Shown: positions 22,237 through 32,001, counted from the first letter of the stretch. The stretch: DNA of 39,996 nucleotides from an uncultured Oceanospirillaceae bacterium (GCA_913052465.1 CAJXEN010000001.1:1-39996); one strand, 5' to 3'. Translations and numbers: made by a program. Notes: generated from the sequence alone by a model not told the origin.

Positions 22237-24136
22237 TTTTTATCCCCACCGTTGCGATAAAGACGTTGCCTTTTAGCTGAAAACTCAGTTTATAATTATT
22301 GGCAACACAAAGGTTTTTAACGATCCACAAACCTAGCCCTGTGCCACGAACTCCGCCTACGTTGGGCGCCCGGTAGTATTTATCGGTTAGCGCTAACAAA
22401 CTGGATGAAGTCAGTTTTTCGCAATCGTTTTTGAAGCGCAAGTAGACATAACCACCTTGGTCTAAAACATTAACCTGAACACGACCACCCGTTGCATATT
22501 TTCTAGCGTTGTTAAGCAAATCATTAACAATCACCTCCAAAGCTAACTTATTGCCCACTAAATTAAGATCACCACGGCTCATTAGATTGAGCTTACGACC
22601 ATCACCACTGAAATTTTGTGGTTTTTGCCATTGATTGCGCACCAGCTCAATAATATATACCTGCTCATGGCTAACAAAATCAGCGTCAAGACTGCCCATC
22701 AACTCAACTTTGTCCACCACATTTTGAATATGAGAGAGCTGTTTGTGTATTTTGTCTTTTTGAGGAGCATCAGAAACACAAAAGTGTAGCGTTGTGAGTG
22801 GGGTTTTTATTTCATGGGATAACATTGATAACAGAGCAGATTGCTCGGCTAAATCTTTATTAAGCTGCTCGTTGGACCTAGCTAAGCGAAAAGATGTCTT
22901 AGCAATATTTAAGGTACGTCTGCGTATAATGGTGGTGCGCAACAGCAAAATAATGGCCAATACCACCAAAGATATTAGTGCGTACATGTAGGTATTAGTT
23001 TGTGAGTTTTGTGCAAAACCTAATCGAGACAGAGCAGCTATAGCCACTAACAACATCAAAAAGCTGTACAACCCGCGAACCTTTCTAAAGATAAGCCCCT
23101 GAACTCTGTCTTTTGGACTTCTACGCGGGATAAAAGCTACTAAGATAAAGGCAAGCACTACCGTGGTGACATTACTACTAGCAATCGCTATATTTTGATC
23201 AACGAAAAAATAAACAACAAGGTTAACAGAGGTAGTAAACACCACAATACTCATTAGTGCATCTAGTAACCTCATGGAAACCATATGCTTAAGCACTAAC
23301 CAATGAAAAATAGCTGCAGACATCACCAAAGTAATTGATAACGCGCCTAACACAGTGCCATTTAATTGATGATGGTTCGGCCAAAAAATTGGCACCAAAT
23401 TACTAAATGCCACCAACGCTGAAAACCATACAAACTGATGTACAGCGAAGGCAAAAAATAAAGGTTGTTTGAGCCTAATCCCTGCAATAAAAGACACCAC
23501 AACTGCAGAAATTATGGTAAATAAAACAATAGTTATCATGATCAAACTGAACACATTTTGCCTTACCAGCATATCCCCAGAAAAAAAACTAAGTGATACT
23601 GCAAGATTTTGTGTTGAGCGTACTTTTATCCGTGATGACTCTGCATTGCTGGGGATGTAGAATACAAACTGGCCCAGGTCATAATGGTAATCTATAGCCT
23701 CAAGAGCCTCAAGAACCTCTTTATCGCCCTTGATTTGTGTATTAATAATATTACCCTGCTGGTCAAAAAACTCGACCACCACTGAGTCTAAATATGAGGG
23801 GGTGACAGCAAGGTACTGTGCATTAGAAGAGTCACTGATCTGCAACTTGAAGTCCACCTGTTGTGTGGTCATACCGGCATCAACTCGCTTCCCTTCGCGC
23901 CAAAGTATTGAATCATCAGCCACAATAGCACCAACCTCATGCATCACCCAGTATGAATCCACGCCCTTTGCTACTGGCTCTTGGCTGAGTATGTAACGAT
24001 TACCTGCAATAAATAGCGAAAGCGCAGCGACTATCATCAGTACATGTTTACCAGTGGAATAATACCGTTTATAACCCAACCCTTTTACCTCCTGAAATTT
24101 TAAATACAGGCCAAGCCTGTTGGTAATATAACTCAC
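22229..24136 (-). CDS. Sensor histidine kinase with 7TM-DISM-like input
   Basis: N-terminal TM, periplasmic domain (YLAVTPSYLDSVVVEF...KVRSTQNLAVSLSFFS), about 7 further hydrophobic helices, H-box SHEIKTPL, N-box DLLNNARKY and G2 box GTGLGLWIV. The DISM assignment is by resemblance only. Confidence 0.88.
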   Translation of the reverse strand: MSYITNRLGLYLKFQEVKGLGYKRYYSTGKHVLMIVAALSLFIAGNRYILSQEPVAKGVDSYWVMHEVGAIVADDSILWREGKRVDAGMTTQQVDFKLQISDSSNAQYLAVTPSYLDSVVVEFFDQQGNIINTQIKGDKEVLEALEAIDYHYDLGQFVFYIPSNAESSRIKVRSTQNLAVSLSFFSGDMLVRQNVFSLIMITIVLFTIISAVVVSFIAGIRLKQPLFFAFAVHQFVWFSALVAFSNLVPIFWPNHHQLNGTVLGALSITLVMSAAIFHWLVLKHMVSMRLLDALMSIVVFTTSVNLVVYFFVDQNIAIASSNVTTVVLAFILVAFIPRRSPKDRVQGLIFRKVRGLYSFLMLLVAIAALSRLGFAQNSQTNTYMYALISLVVLAIILLLRTTIIRRRTLNIAKTSFRLARSNEQLNKDLAEQSALLSMLSHEIKTPLTTLHFCVSDAPQKDKIHKQLSHIQNVVDKVELMGSLDADFVSHEQVYIIELVRNQWQKPQNFSGDGRKLNLMSRGDLNLVGNKLALEVIVNDLLNNARKYATGGRVQVNVLDQGGYVYLRFKNDCEKLTSSSLLALTDKYYRAPNVGGVRGTGLGLWIVKNLCVANNYKLSFQLKGNVFIATVGIKND

Positions 24137-24141
24137 AGCTG

Positions 24142-25845
24142 CTAAAAGCTTTTGCTAACCTGCAACCACACCCGCATTTCTGGTGCGTCAGTCACCAAAG
24201 AAGAACTTGGCCCCACTGGCCCTGCCACATTTAGGCTAACAGAAACTTGCTTAGCATTGGTCCAGCTCAGCCCTAAACCCGCACCACTGAGCGTGGCCTG
24301 ATTATCACTAGTTAAGCCCGCCCACGGTGTATGGTTAATAGTGACCTTTGCACTATCATAATACACCGAACCCGTAACAGACCCACCAAATTGTGTACCC
24401 AATTGATGGTTCCATTGTATGCTACCAAAATAACCACTGTCGCCAGACACCGCACCACCTTTATAACCCTGTACAGAACTTGCACCGCCTACACCCATTT
24501 TTTGTAGCGAGTCTAAATTACCATCAGCCTTTTGGCTGGTAATGCTCACCAGCACTGAGTCTTTAGCAGACAGCCCCTGCACATGGCTTAAGGTGACATT
24601 GAGCTTACAAAAACGCCGCTGTGTTTGGCCTGCATCCGCGTCCGCAGCTTGCGCTGTGACATCATCGAAAACCAGCCTACCACTGGTGATCGCCACACTC
24701 CAAGATGAGCTACCACCCTTCACAAACACGTCTTTAGCATCACCAGACAAGGTGAATGACCAGTGTTTTAGGGTGCGGTCGGTACGGGAATCACTGCTGT
24801 CCACATGGTCTTTAAGTTGGCTGTCTTCATATTGCAATTGGCCATTAACATTAGCCGTGAGGCTACGTAGCAAGGGCTGTTTAAACCATGCACTGGCCAC
24901 TCTGGAGGTACCATGTGCCTCTATGCTGGTTAAGTCTTTGCCGAGCGCATAATTAACCCCAGAATAAGAGGCCCCTATATGGCTTCCTTTGCCATTAAGC
25001 AGCCAATCATAACCCACACGCCCGTATTTAAGGTCACCACTGGTGAGCATGCCGTTTAAGCTCAACACATCACCGTGGCCAGCAAGGTTATTCATATTAA
25101 TGCTGGCCACTACCTGCTCTTGCCCGGTGTATTTATCGCCATGTTGGTCTGCAGTAACGCTACCGGTTACAGGCGCCGCGTCGCTCGTTTGCAACTGCAC
25201 ATCCGAATGCCCTACTTCATCCCCTGGAACTAGGGTTGATTGCACCACAAGCCCTGGAATGTCGGACAATAACAACAAACTTGAATACAGATTAGCATCG
25301 GCAATCACTGCTCCTGCTTAAATAGGAGCAATGGTATTGTTGAGTAACTTATCGCTCACTAGACTGTTGTTTACCAACCCCACTTGACCAAATTTGGCCT
25401 CCACAACAGCAATGATCACCAGCCCATCACTAATTTCTTGTGCTGGGATAATGGCTCGGTTAAGGGAATAACCCTGATCCCGGTAATAGCTGGTAATACG
25501 CTGAGCAATTTGATCTAGCTCAACTAAGGTGTATTCGCTACCTTCGGCATCGGCCACCAGTGCATGGAGCGCTTCCTTAGTAAAAGACACATTACCTACA
25601 ATGCTAATTTCATTCACCATAAACGCACGGGTACTTGGCAAATCAGCAAGCACTTCGGGCTGGAGCAAACCTTCTAAGCTAGCAGAGTTGGCTAAGTCAG
25701 CTGCAGACCCTGCGTTCGGTTCAACTTGCTGTTGTAAACTGCCCGCCAAAGGCGTGTCTGCAACTACCAAACCTGAGCCTGCACACAAAATAAAACCCAA
25801 GCCTACAATAGGTAAAAACCTAAAACCCACATCATTATTCATCAT
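24142..25845 (-). pseudogene. TpsB (ShlB/FhaC/HecB family) outer-membrane transporter with in-frame stop
   Basis: ORFs 25318..25845 (signal peptide, POTRA: ITSYYRDQGYSLNRAIIPAQEI) and 24142..25308 (LLSDIPG, barrel, terminal WLQVSKSF) share one frame, separated by a single TAA at 25318-25320. Read through, they give 567 codons. Confidence 0.9.
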
Positions 25846-27997
25846 TAGAAGCCACCATAGTCTCAGGCATATTCACACCGCCATCCATTACAAAAGAAAC
25901 TGAGCCACCACTACCCAAGGACACGCTGGCAGTGACCACAGGTTGTGCTTTAGATTCAGATTTCACTGCGACCGTTGCTGTGGTTGTGCCTGGACCTGGG
26001 CTAGCGCTCGCATCAGTCGACGCAGGAGCAGTAGCCACACCACCGCTTTCAACCTTAGCTTCAGGCTTTGCTACTGCATTACCCTGCCTCACAGGTTTTG
26101 CTCCCCCAGCCTTAGCCAAAACCACAGGCCTAGCCAAAACCACAGGCCTAGCGATAGGCCTTATAACAGGCGCCACCATTCTCACCAAAGGTTTAACGCT
26201 AAAGGTAGGTAGTTTAAGCGACGCCAGTACACGGGCAATGGCTTTAGACTTAGGCTCAGACGCCGTTTCAATATCCGCATCCAAACCCACAGGCTGGAGC
26301 AAGTTATAGTTACTAGCATCCTTACCAGTCAGCCTGTAACCCGTGACGGAAACAGCAACAGCCTCGCCAACATCAGTACTGCTAAACTCACCCCTTGCAG
26401 TGCCCACTAGAGAAACCACATCCTGCCCCAAGGTGTTGATTTTAGGCGTTCCGCTCAGCTGGGCCTTAGTGGTTTTATCATGCTTTTTGGCTAATGCTGT
26501 AAGGCCCGCAATAGTAAGGTCGGCTTTGGTGATGTTAGCCTTTAGGCCCGTAGGCTGAGCCAAGGTGTAGTTGCCCGCATCCTTGCCGGTTAAACGATAA
26601 CCACTCAATACCACCGTTTTTCCAATACCTGCGACTGAGTAGCTGGATTCTGTGCCAGCAGATGACCCTTGGCCATAATGCAGGGCAAGGCCGCCTGTGC
26701 CCCCGCTAGCGTCAATGGTGGCATTCACAACGATGTTGTTATGAGCATTCAGAGTAAGGTCTGTATCTGCTGTCCAGATAATGCCCGCATTAACAGTAAT
26801 GTTTCCTTCTCCTGCCCCGTCCACTGCCGTGGTGATCTCTACATTGGTAGTGGTTAGCGCCGCCTCAATAGTGCCTGCTTTAATCTGACTAGCAGACCAG
26901 TTGCTGGAGCTGTCATCCGTACCCGCAACAATCTCAATATCAGTCGGGTCGATCAGCCAGGAGCCCGTCTGGCCAAACGGTGCCTGCGTACTCACCGTGA
27001 GACCTTCTTCCAGTATCACTTGGGCCGCACTGGTCTCAATAAAACCACCATCACCGCCGTCTGGCGCACTTGCATCTAAGGTGCCCGCCACCTGTGTGCG
27101 GCCTGCTGTCATTCCTCCTAGCAATATAATTTTGCCGTCTATTTCTGCTACGGTGTTGGCGCGAATAATACCGGTATTATTCACCAAGCTTGCCAGTACG
27201 GCGTCTTTAGCACCAGCGCTCATTAGCACTACACCCCCATTAGCTTGAATTAAGCCGCCATTAAGTGCTTGGCTGTCTAGCACGCTTTGGTCTACTTGCA
27301 TGTCGATGATGTGGCTGTCTGCAAAGGTCACAGTCACTTTGTTACCTGCGCCTAGTGCTGTGGTGCCTTGGGGGGTGTTAATAGTGCCTTTGTTACTAAC
27401 GCTATTGCCAATAAGGGCCACAAAACCCCCTTGTTGCGCGGTGATCTGGCCTTGGTTAACAATGCTGCCCATGCCGTTACCGGCAAAGGTTTGTTGTGTG
27501 TTGCTTAAGCTAGCATCGGTAATGTTTAAGGTAGATGCTACCAATGCCCCAACGTTAACTTGGGCATTTTGACCAAACAAAATACCGTTGGGGTTAATTA
27601 AATACACCTGGCCATTGGCGTTAATGTTACCCATGATCTTGGAGCCGTTGGTGTCTAGAATACGGTTAACGGCTATAGCTGTAGCACTGGGCTGAATAAA
27701 GTTAACCGTTTCATTGGCACTGACGTTAAAACTTTGCCAATTAACAGACAGATTGTTGCTACTTTGGTTGATGGTAGTGGTATTTGTACTGTGGCTAATA
27801 GCCCCTTGGCCAGCAGTGACTTGCCCACCACTGGGGCCTGCTTGAGTGGGAAAGGCCAGCATTGCCGTCACTGCTAAGGAAGCGGCCGCAAGCACCACGC
27901 CACGGGTGGTGTTTTTACTCTGGCTACGGGCAGTCTCGCCTACCACAACCCATGCCCTTCGAGCATGGCTCCACAACAAACAATAAGTATGATTCAT
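25835..27997 (-). CDS. TpsA filamentous-haemagglutinin-family exoprotein with YDG-like repeats (probably internally deleted)
   Basis: ESPR start MNHTYCLLWSHARRAWVVVGETAR at ATG 27997, TPS domain (NWQSFNV, VYLINPNGILFG), GGFIETSAA and WLIDP motifs, ~1.5 repeats with GYRLTGKDAxNY, and an Ala/Pro/Val-rich tail. Confidence 0.9.
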   Translation of the reverse strand: MNHTYCLLWSHARRAWVVVGETARSQSKNTTRGVVLAAASLAVTAMLAFPTQAGPSGGQVTAGQGAISHSTNTTTINQSSNNLSVNWQSFNVSANETVNFIQPSATAIAVNRILDTNGSKIMGNINANGQVYLINPNGILFGQNAQVNVGALVASTLNITDASLSNTQQTFAGNGMGSIVNQGQITAQQGGFVALIGNSVSNKGTINTPQGTTALGAGNKVTVTFADSHIIDMQVDQSVLDSQALNGGLIQANGGVVLMSAGAKDAVLASLVNNTGIIRANTVAEIDGKIILLGGMTAGRTQVAGTLDASAPDGGDGGFIETSAAQVILEEGLTVSTQAPFGQTGSWLIDPTDIEIVAGTDDSSSNWSASQIKAGTIEAALTTTNVEITTAVDGAGEGNITVNAGIIWTADTDLTLNAHNNIVVNATIDASGGTGGLALHYGQGSSAGTESSYSVAGIGKTVVLSGYRLTGKDAGNYTLAQPTGLKANITKADLTIAGLTALAKKHDKTTKAQLSGTPKINTLGQDVVSLVGTARGEFSSTDVGEAVAVSVTGYRLTGKDASNYNLLQPVGLDADIETASEPKSKAIARVLASLKLPTFSVKPLVRMVAPVIRPIARPVVLARPVVLAKAGGAKPVRQGNAVAKPEAKVESGGVATAPASTDASASPGPGTTTATVAVKSESKAQPVVTASVSLGSGGSVSFVMDGGVNMPETMVASNDE
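26113..26152. repeat. 18-nt tandem repeat in tpsA
   Basis: TAGCCAAAACCACAGGCC x2 plus TAGC; encodes ARPVVL twice. Confidence 0.9.
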
Positions 27998-28437
27998 GAT
28001 CACTACTCTCTCAACCACAGCTATCACTAGCACTGCTAGTTATAAACTGATTAATACAAAACTGGGCCGCTGTTGGTAATTGGCCATTATCAGCGACACT
28101 AACATATTAATTTTTTGGTTCCTTACAGAGCATGTAAGAATTGGGGTATGATGATTTTATCTAATAACATTAAAGAGTTATTAACTGCTAAAGATCCTAA
28201 AGCTATAAATAGTGTTGTGTAGATTTTGGATATTTAGGGGAAGGGGCGCAGGTTAAATTGGTACTACCTAGATCAAAAGCCTTGATCCAACCCACAAACT
28301 TTGTTGAAAGGCCATAATTTACAGTTTATGTATTATTTGCTTGCTTTTAAAACCACCATAGAAACTTAACCACGCCCTCATTTTCTTTTTGAGTGGCCTC
28401 TTAGCTCAAATACACCAGTCAATTTTACTGTGTAGTC

Positions 28438-28446
28438 TGATATAAT
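28438..28446 (+). promoter_or_regulatory. Extended -10 promoter for map-glnD
   Basis: TGATATAAT is a perfect TGnTATAAT, 100 nt upstream of the map ATG. Confidence 0.65.
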
Positions 28447-28546
28447 CATCATCATGTTAGGTCTGACTGGGCCTAAACTTTGGCGGTTGCCGACTTACTT
28501 TTACACATTAATGGCCACCGTAAGCATAAAGAGTATAGAGGAACAC

Positions 28547-29317
28547 ATGAACATATTAATTAAAGACGCCGCAGCAATTAAAAAGATGCGTATTGCTGGC
28601 CGTTTGGCGGCAGAAGTACTGGAGATGATCCACGAATATGTAAAGGTGGGCGTAACTACTAACACGCTTAATCAAATTTGCCATGACTATATCGTTGACG
28701 TGCAAGATGCTATTCCAGCGCCGTTAAATTACCATGGTTTCCCTAAGTCTATTTGCACCTCGGTAAACCAAGTGGTGTGCCACGGCATCCCCAATGACAA
28801 ACCACTTAAAAATGGTGATTGGGTGAACATAGACATCACCGTGATTAAAGACGGGTATCATGGCGACACCAGCCGTATGTTCCCTGTAGGCGAAGTAGCC
28901 CCTCATTCTCAGCGCTTAGTCACCATTACCCAAGAGTGCCTCTATAAAGGTATTGATCTAGTTAAGCCTGGTGCCCGTTTAGGCGATATTGGCCATGTTA
29001 TTCAAGTTTATGCAGAAGCCAATCACTACTCTATTGTGCAAGAGTACTGTGGCCATGGTATCGGTGTAGGTTTTCATGAAGACCCACAAGTACTGCACTA
29101 TGGCAGGCCCAATACAGGCGTTGAACTTAAAGAGGGCATGATCTTTACTATTGAACCCATGCTTAATGCGGGCAAACGTCACGTTAAGCTAAATAAGAGT
29201 GATGGCTGGACAGTCACTACCGCCGACAAGCGTTTATCTGCTCAATTTGAACATACTATCTTAGTCACTGCCGATGGCTTCGAAAACCTCACCATTCGTA
29301 AAGAAGAAATGGTCTAA
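28547..29317 (+). CDS. map: Type I methionine aminopeptidase
   Basis: SICTSVNQVVCHGIP, NIDITVIKDGYHGDTS, YCGHGIG, FTIEPM and AQFEHT. ATG 28547 follows the SD AGAGGA (track ORF begins at 28454). Confidence 0.98.
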   Translation: MNILIKDAAAIKKMRIAGRLAAEVLEMIHEYVKVGVTTNTLNQICHDYIVDVQDAIPAPLNYHGFPKSICTSVNQVVCHGIPNDKPLKNGDWVNIDITVIKDGYHGDTSRMFPVGEVAPHSQRLVTITQECLYKGIDLVKPGARLGDIGHVIQVYAEANHYSIVQEYCGHGIGVGFHEDPQVLHYGRPNTGVELKEGMIFTIEPMLNAGKRHVKLNKSDGWTVTTADKRLSAQFEHTILVTADGFENLTIRKEEMV

Positions 29318-29319
29318 TT

Positions 29320-32001
29320 ATGTCTGTGGTTAGCAAGCCACTGCAGCAGCAACTTATCAATCATGAGAAGCTGCAGCAACAACTAGCCTCCCTCCCTGCA
29401 GCCAAAGCCCTAAAGGCACTAAAGCTGGTGCTAACCGATGGGCAAAAAACCCTAGACCATTTATTTAACCAGCATAAAGAAACCCGCATTTATGAGCTTG
29501 TCCATGCCCGCGCATGGTTAGTGGACCAGATATTGTGCTTGGCGTGGCAGCAATACACCTGGCCAAAAGAAGCTGCATTAGTGGCCGTGGGCGGCTATGG
29601 CCGTGGTGAATTGCACCCTCACTCAGACATCGATCTGCTTATTCTTTTAGGTAACGACTTAGAAGAATCTAGCTGGCACAGTAGCACTCAGCAATTTATC
29701 ACCTTTATTTGGGGCCTAGGCCTGCAAATCAGCTCTAGTGTTCGCACCCTAAAAGATTGCTGCGAACAGGCTGAAAATGACATCACCATCGCCACCAGCT
29801 TACTTGAATCGCACACCCTAATTGGCACAGCCAGCTTACGCAAGAAAGCCTTTAATTGGGTGATTTCTGAACAAGCATGGAGTGATGAGTCTTTTTACAA
29901 AGCCCGAATTAAAACTCAGCAGCAAAGGCATCTGCGCACTGACGAGACTGAATATAATCTAGAACCTAATATTAAAAACTCTCCTGGTGGCTTGCGCGAC
30001 ATTCAAGCCATTGACTGGATTGGCAAACGTCATTTTGGCCTGCGTTATATGGTAGAGCTCTCCGGCCACAACTACCTTAATCAAGATGAGCTAGACACCC
30101 TTAAACAGGCTACTAATTACCTGTGGACTATTCGTTACGCACTGCATTTGATCGCCAAACGACCAGAAGACAGATTACTGTTTGATCATCAGCGTGCACT
30201 TGCTGCTTTTTTTGGTTATGAAGACAATGACGATGAGCTGGCCGTTGAGCAGTTTATGCATCGTTATTACCGCACAGCAATGCATGTATCAGAGCTTAAC
30301 CAAACCTTACTTGCACTGTTTGACCAAGCCATATTACATGCCCATGATGAAGACACAGTGGTGTCTGTTAATAAACGCTTTGAACTGCGTAATGGCCGCT
30401 TGCAAGCCTGTTCTACTAACGTATTTTTGCGCCAACCCTTTGCCATAATGGAAGCCTTTGTTATTTTGGCTCAAAACCCTCAATGCCATGCTATAGGGGC
30501 CGAATGCAAGCGACTGATTCAAGCTCATCGTCACTTAATCGATGACAAATACCGCCGCGATATTCGAGTTAATAGCTTGTTTATGGAACTGCTTCGGTGC
30601 CCCACACGTATGTCTCATACCTTGCTGGAAATGCAGCGCCAAGGGGTGCTTGGGGATTACCTTCCCAGCTTTAACAAAATTGTAGGCCGCATGCAGCACG
30701 ACCTTTATCATATTTATACTGTTGACGCACACACCATGAAAGTGGTGAAAAAAATGCGCGAACTGCTGCTGCCTGAACAACAAGAACGCTTCCCCGTAGC
30801 CGGTCGCTTAATACATGAACTCCCTAAGATTGAACTGCTTTATATTGCCGGTCTTTACCATGACATTGGCAAGGGTAGTGGTCATGACCACTCAGTTTTT
30901 GGTGCAGAGGAAGTACGGCATTTTTGTAAGCAACATCAATTAGGGAAGTGGGATACTGAGCTAGTTAGCTGGTTAGTCCGTCATCACTTATACATGTCTA
31001 TGACGGCCCAAAAACGTGACATTGGCAACCCTGATATCATCCATGAATTTGCCACTAAAATGGGTGATAAGCTGCACCTAGATTACCTTTACGTGCTCAC
31101 AGTGTGCGACATTAATGCCACCAATCCAGCCTTGTGGAATAATTGGCGCGCATCCCTTTTACGTCAACTTTATACTGCCACTAACCGAGTGCTTCGGTTA
31201 GGTTTAGACGTGCCCGTAGATCACCACGCACTTATTGAACAAAGCCAAACTGATGCCCGCAAACTGCTGCAGCAGCAATGTTTTAACCCTGCCTCGGTAA
31301 TGCGCCTGTGGAAGAACCTAGGGGATGATTATTTTATTCGGGAAAACGCCAAAACCATTGCTTGGCATACCCGCACTATTTTGAACCACCAGATTGATGG
31401 GCCTTTGGTTGCCCTTAGCGAAACTTCGTTTAGCGTGTTTGAAGGTGGCACTCAAGTCTTCGTTTACACCAAAGACAAGGCCAACTTATTTGCCGCACTT
31501 TGCGCCATTCTTGGCCAATTGCGCCTTGATATTCAAGACGCCCGTATTATCACAACAGAAGACGGCTACAGTATGGATACCTTTGTGGTGCTTGATACCA
31601 ATGGCAACACTATTAACCAAACACCTGTGTTATTGCAAAAGCTAAAACAGCGACTGACCCAGGCGCTGCTATACCCTGATGACTTTGCCTACATTGTTCA
31701 ACAACGCCAACCCAGAACCCACAAGCTTTTTAATCAGCCATCTATCGTTAGTTTAAGCAACCCAGAAGGCAGAAGCTGGACTAGGCTAGAACTATCAAGC
31801 GCAGACCGACCAGGCCTATTAGCTAAGGTGGGGTTAGTGTTTATGCGTTTGGACATCACCATTCAAAAAGCTAAAATTCAATCCATTGGTGGCCGCGTAG
31901 ATGATGTGTTCTTTATTACCCTTAATAATGGCGAACGTATTATTGATTCGCACCTACTAAAAACCCTTGAAGATGAAATTTGCACTGCCTTGGATAAATA
32001 A
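29320..32001 (+). CDS. glnD: [Protein-PII] uridylyltransferase
   Basis: AVGGYGRGELHPHSDIDL, NLEPNIKNSPGGLRDI, HD domain (YTVDAH, LYHDIGKG) and two ACT domains. Confidence 0.98.
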   Translation: MSVVSKPLQQQLINHEKLQQQLASLPAAKALKALKLVLTDGQKTLDHLFNQHKETRIYELVHARAWLVDQILCLAWQQYTWPKEAALVAVGGYGRGELHPHSDIDLLILLGNDLEESSWHSSTQQFITFIWGLGLQISSSVRTLKDCCEQAENDITIATSLLESHTLIGTASLRKKAFNWVISEQAWSDESFYKARIKTQQQRHLRTDETEYNLEPNIKNSPGGLRDIQAIDWIGKRHFGLRYMVELSGHNYLNQDELDTLKQATNYLWTIRYALHLIAKRPEDRLLFDHQRALAAFFGYEDNDDELAVEQFMHRYYRTAMHVSELNQTLLALFDQAILHAHDEDTVVSVNKRFELRNGRLQACSTNVFLRQPFAIMEAFVILAQNPQCHAIGAECKRLIQAHRHLIDDKYRRDIRVNSLFMELLRCPTRMSHTLLEMQRQGVLGDYLPSFNKIVGRMQHDLYHIYTVDAHTMKVVKKMRELLLPEQQERFPVAGRLIHELPKIELLYIAGLYHDIGKGSGHDHSVFGAEEVRHFCKQHQLGKWDTELVSWLVRHHLYMSMTAQKRDIGNPDIIHEFATKMGDKLHLDYLYVLTVCDINATNPALWNNWRASLLRQLYTATNRVLRLGLDVPVDHHALIEQSQTDARKLLQQQCFNPASVMRLWKNLGDDYFIRENAKTIAWHTRTILNHQIDGPLVALSETSFSVFEGGTQVFVYTKDKANLFAALCAILGQLRLDIQDARIITTEDGYSMDTFVVLDTNGNTINQTPVLLQKLKQRLTQALLYPDDFAYIVQQRQPRTHKLFNQPSIVSLSNPEGRSWTRLELSSADRPGLLAKVGLVFMRLDITIQKAKIQSIGGRVDDVFFITLNNGERIIDSHLLKTLEDEICTALDK

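Noticed and set aside
25318-25320. Programmed readthrough or recoding in tpsB
   Set aside because: The codon is TAA, which also terminates many genes here, and nearby lesions favour decay.
25835-27997. TpsA as a CDI toxin
   Set aside because: No VENN or pre-toxin motif, no toxin-like C-terminus and no immunity gene.
21510-28279. ATCAAAAG at 21510 and 28272 as a target-site duplication or att site
   Set aside because: Only 8 nt and AT-rich; it also occurs near 21462, and no integrase, transposase or tRNA is present.
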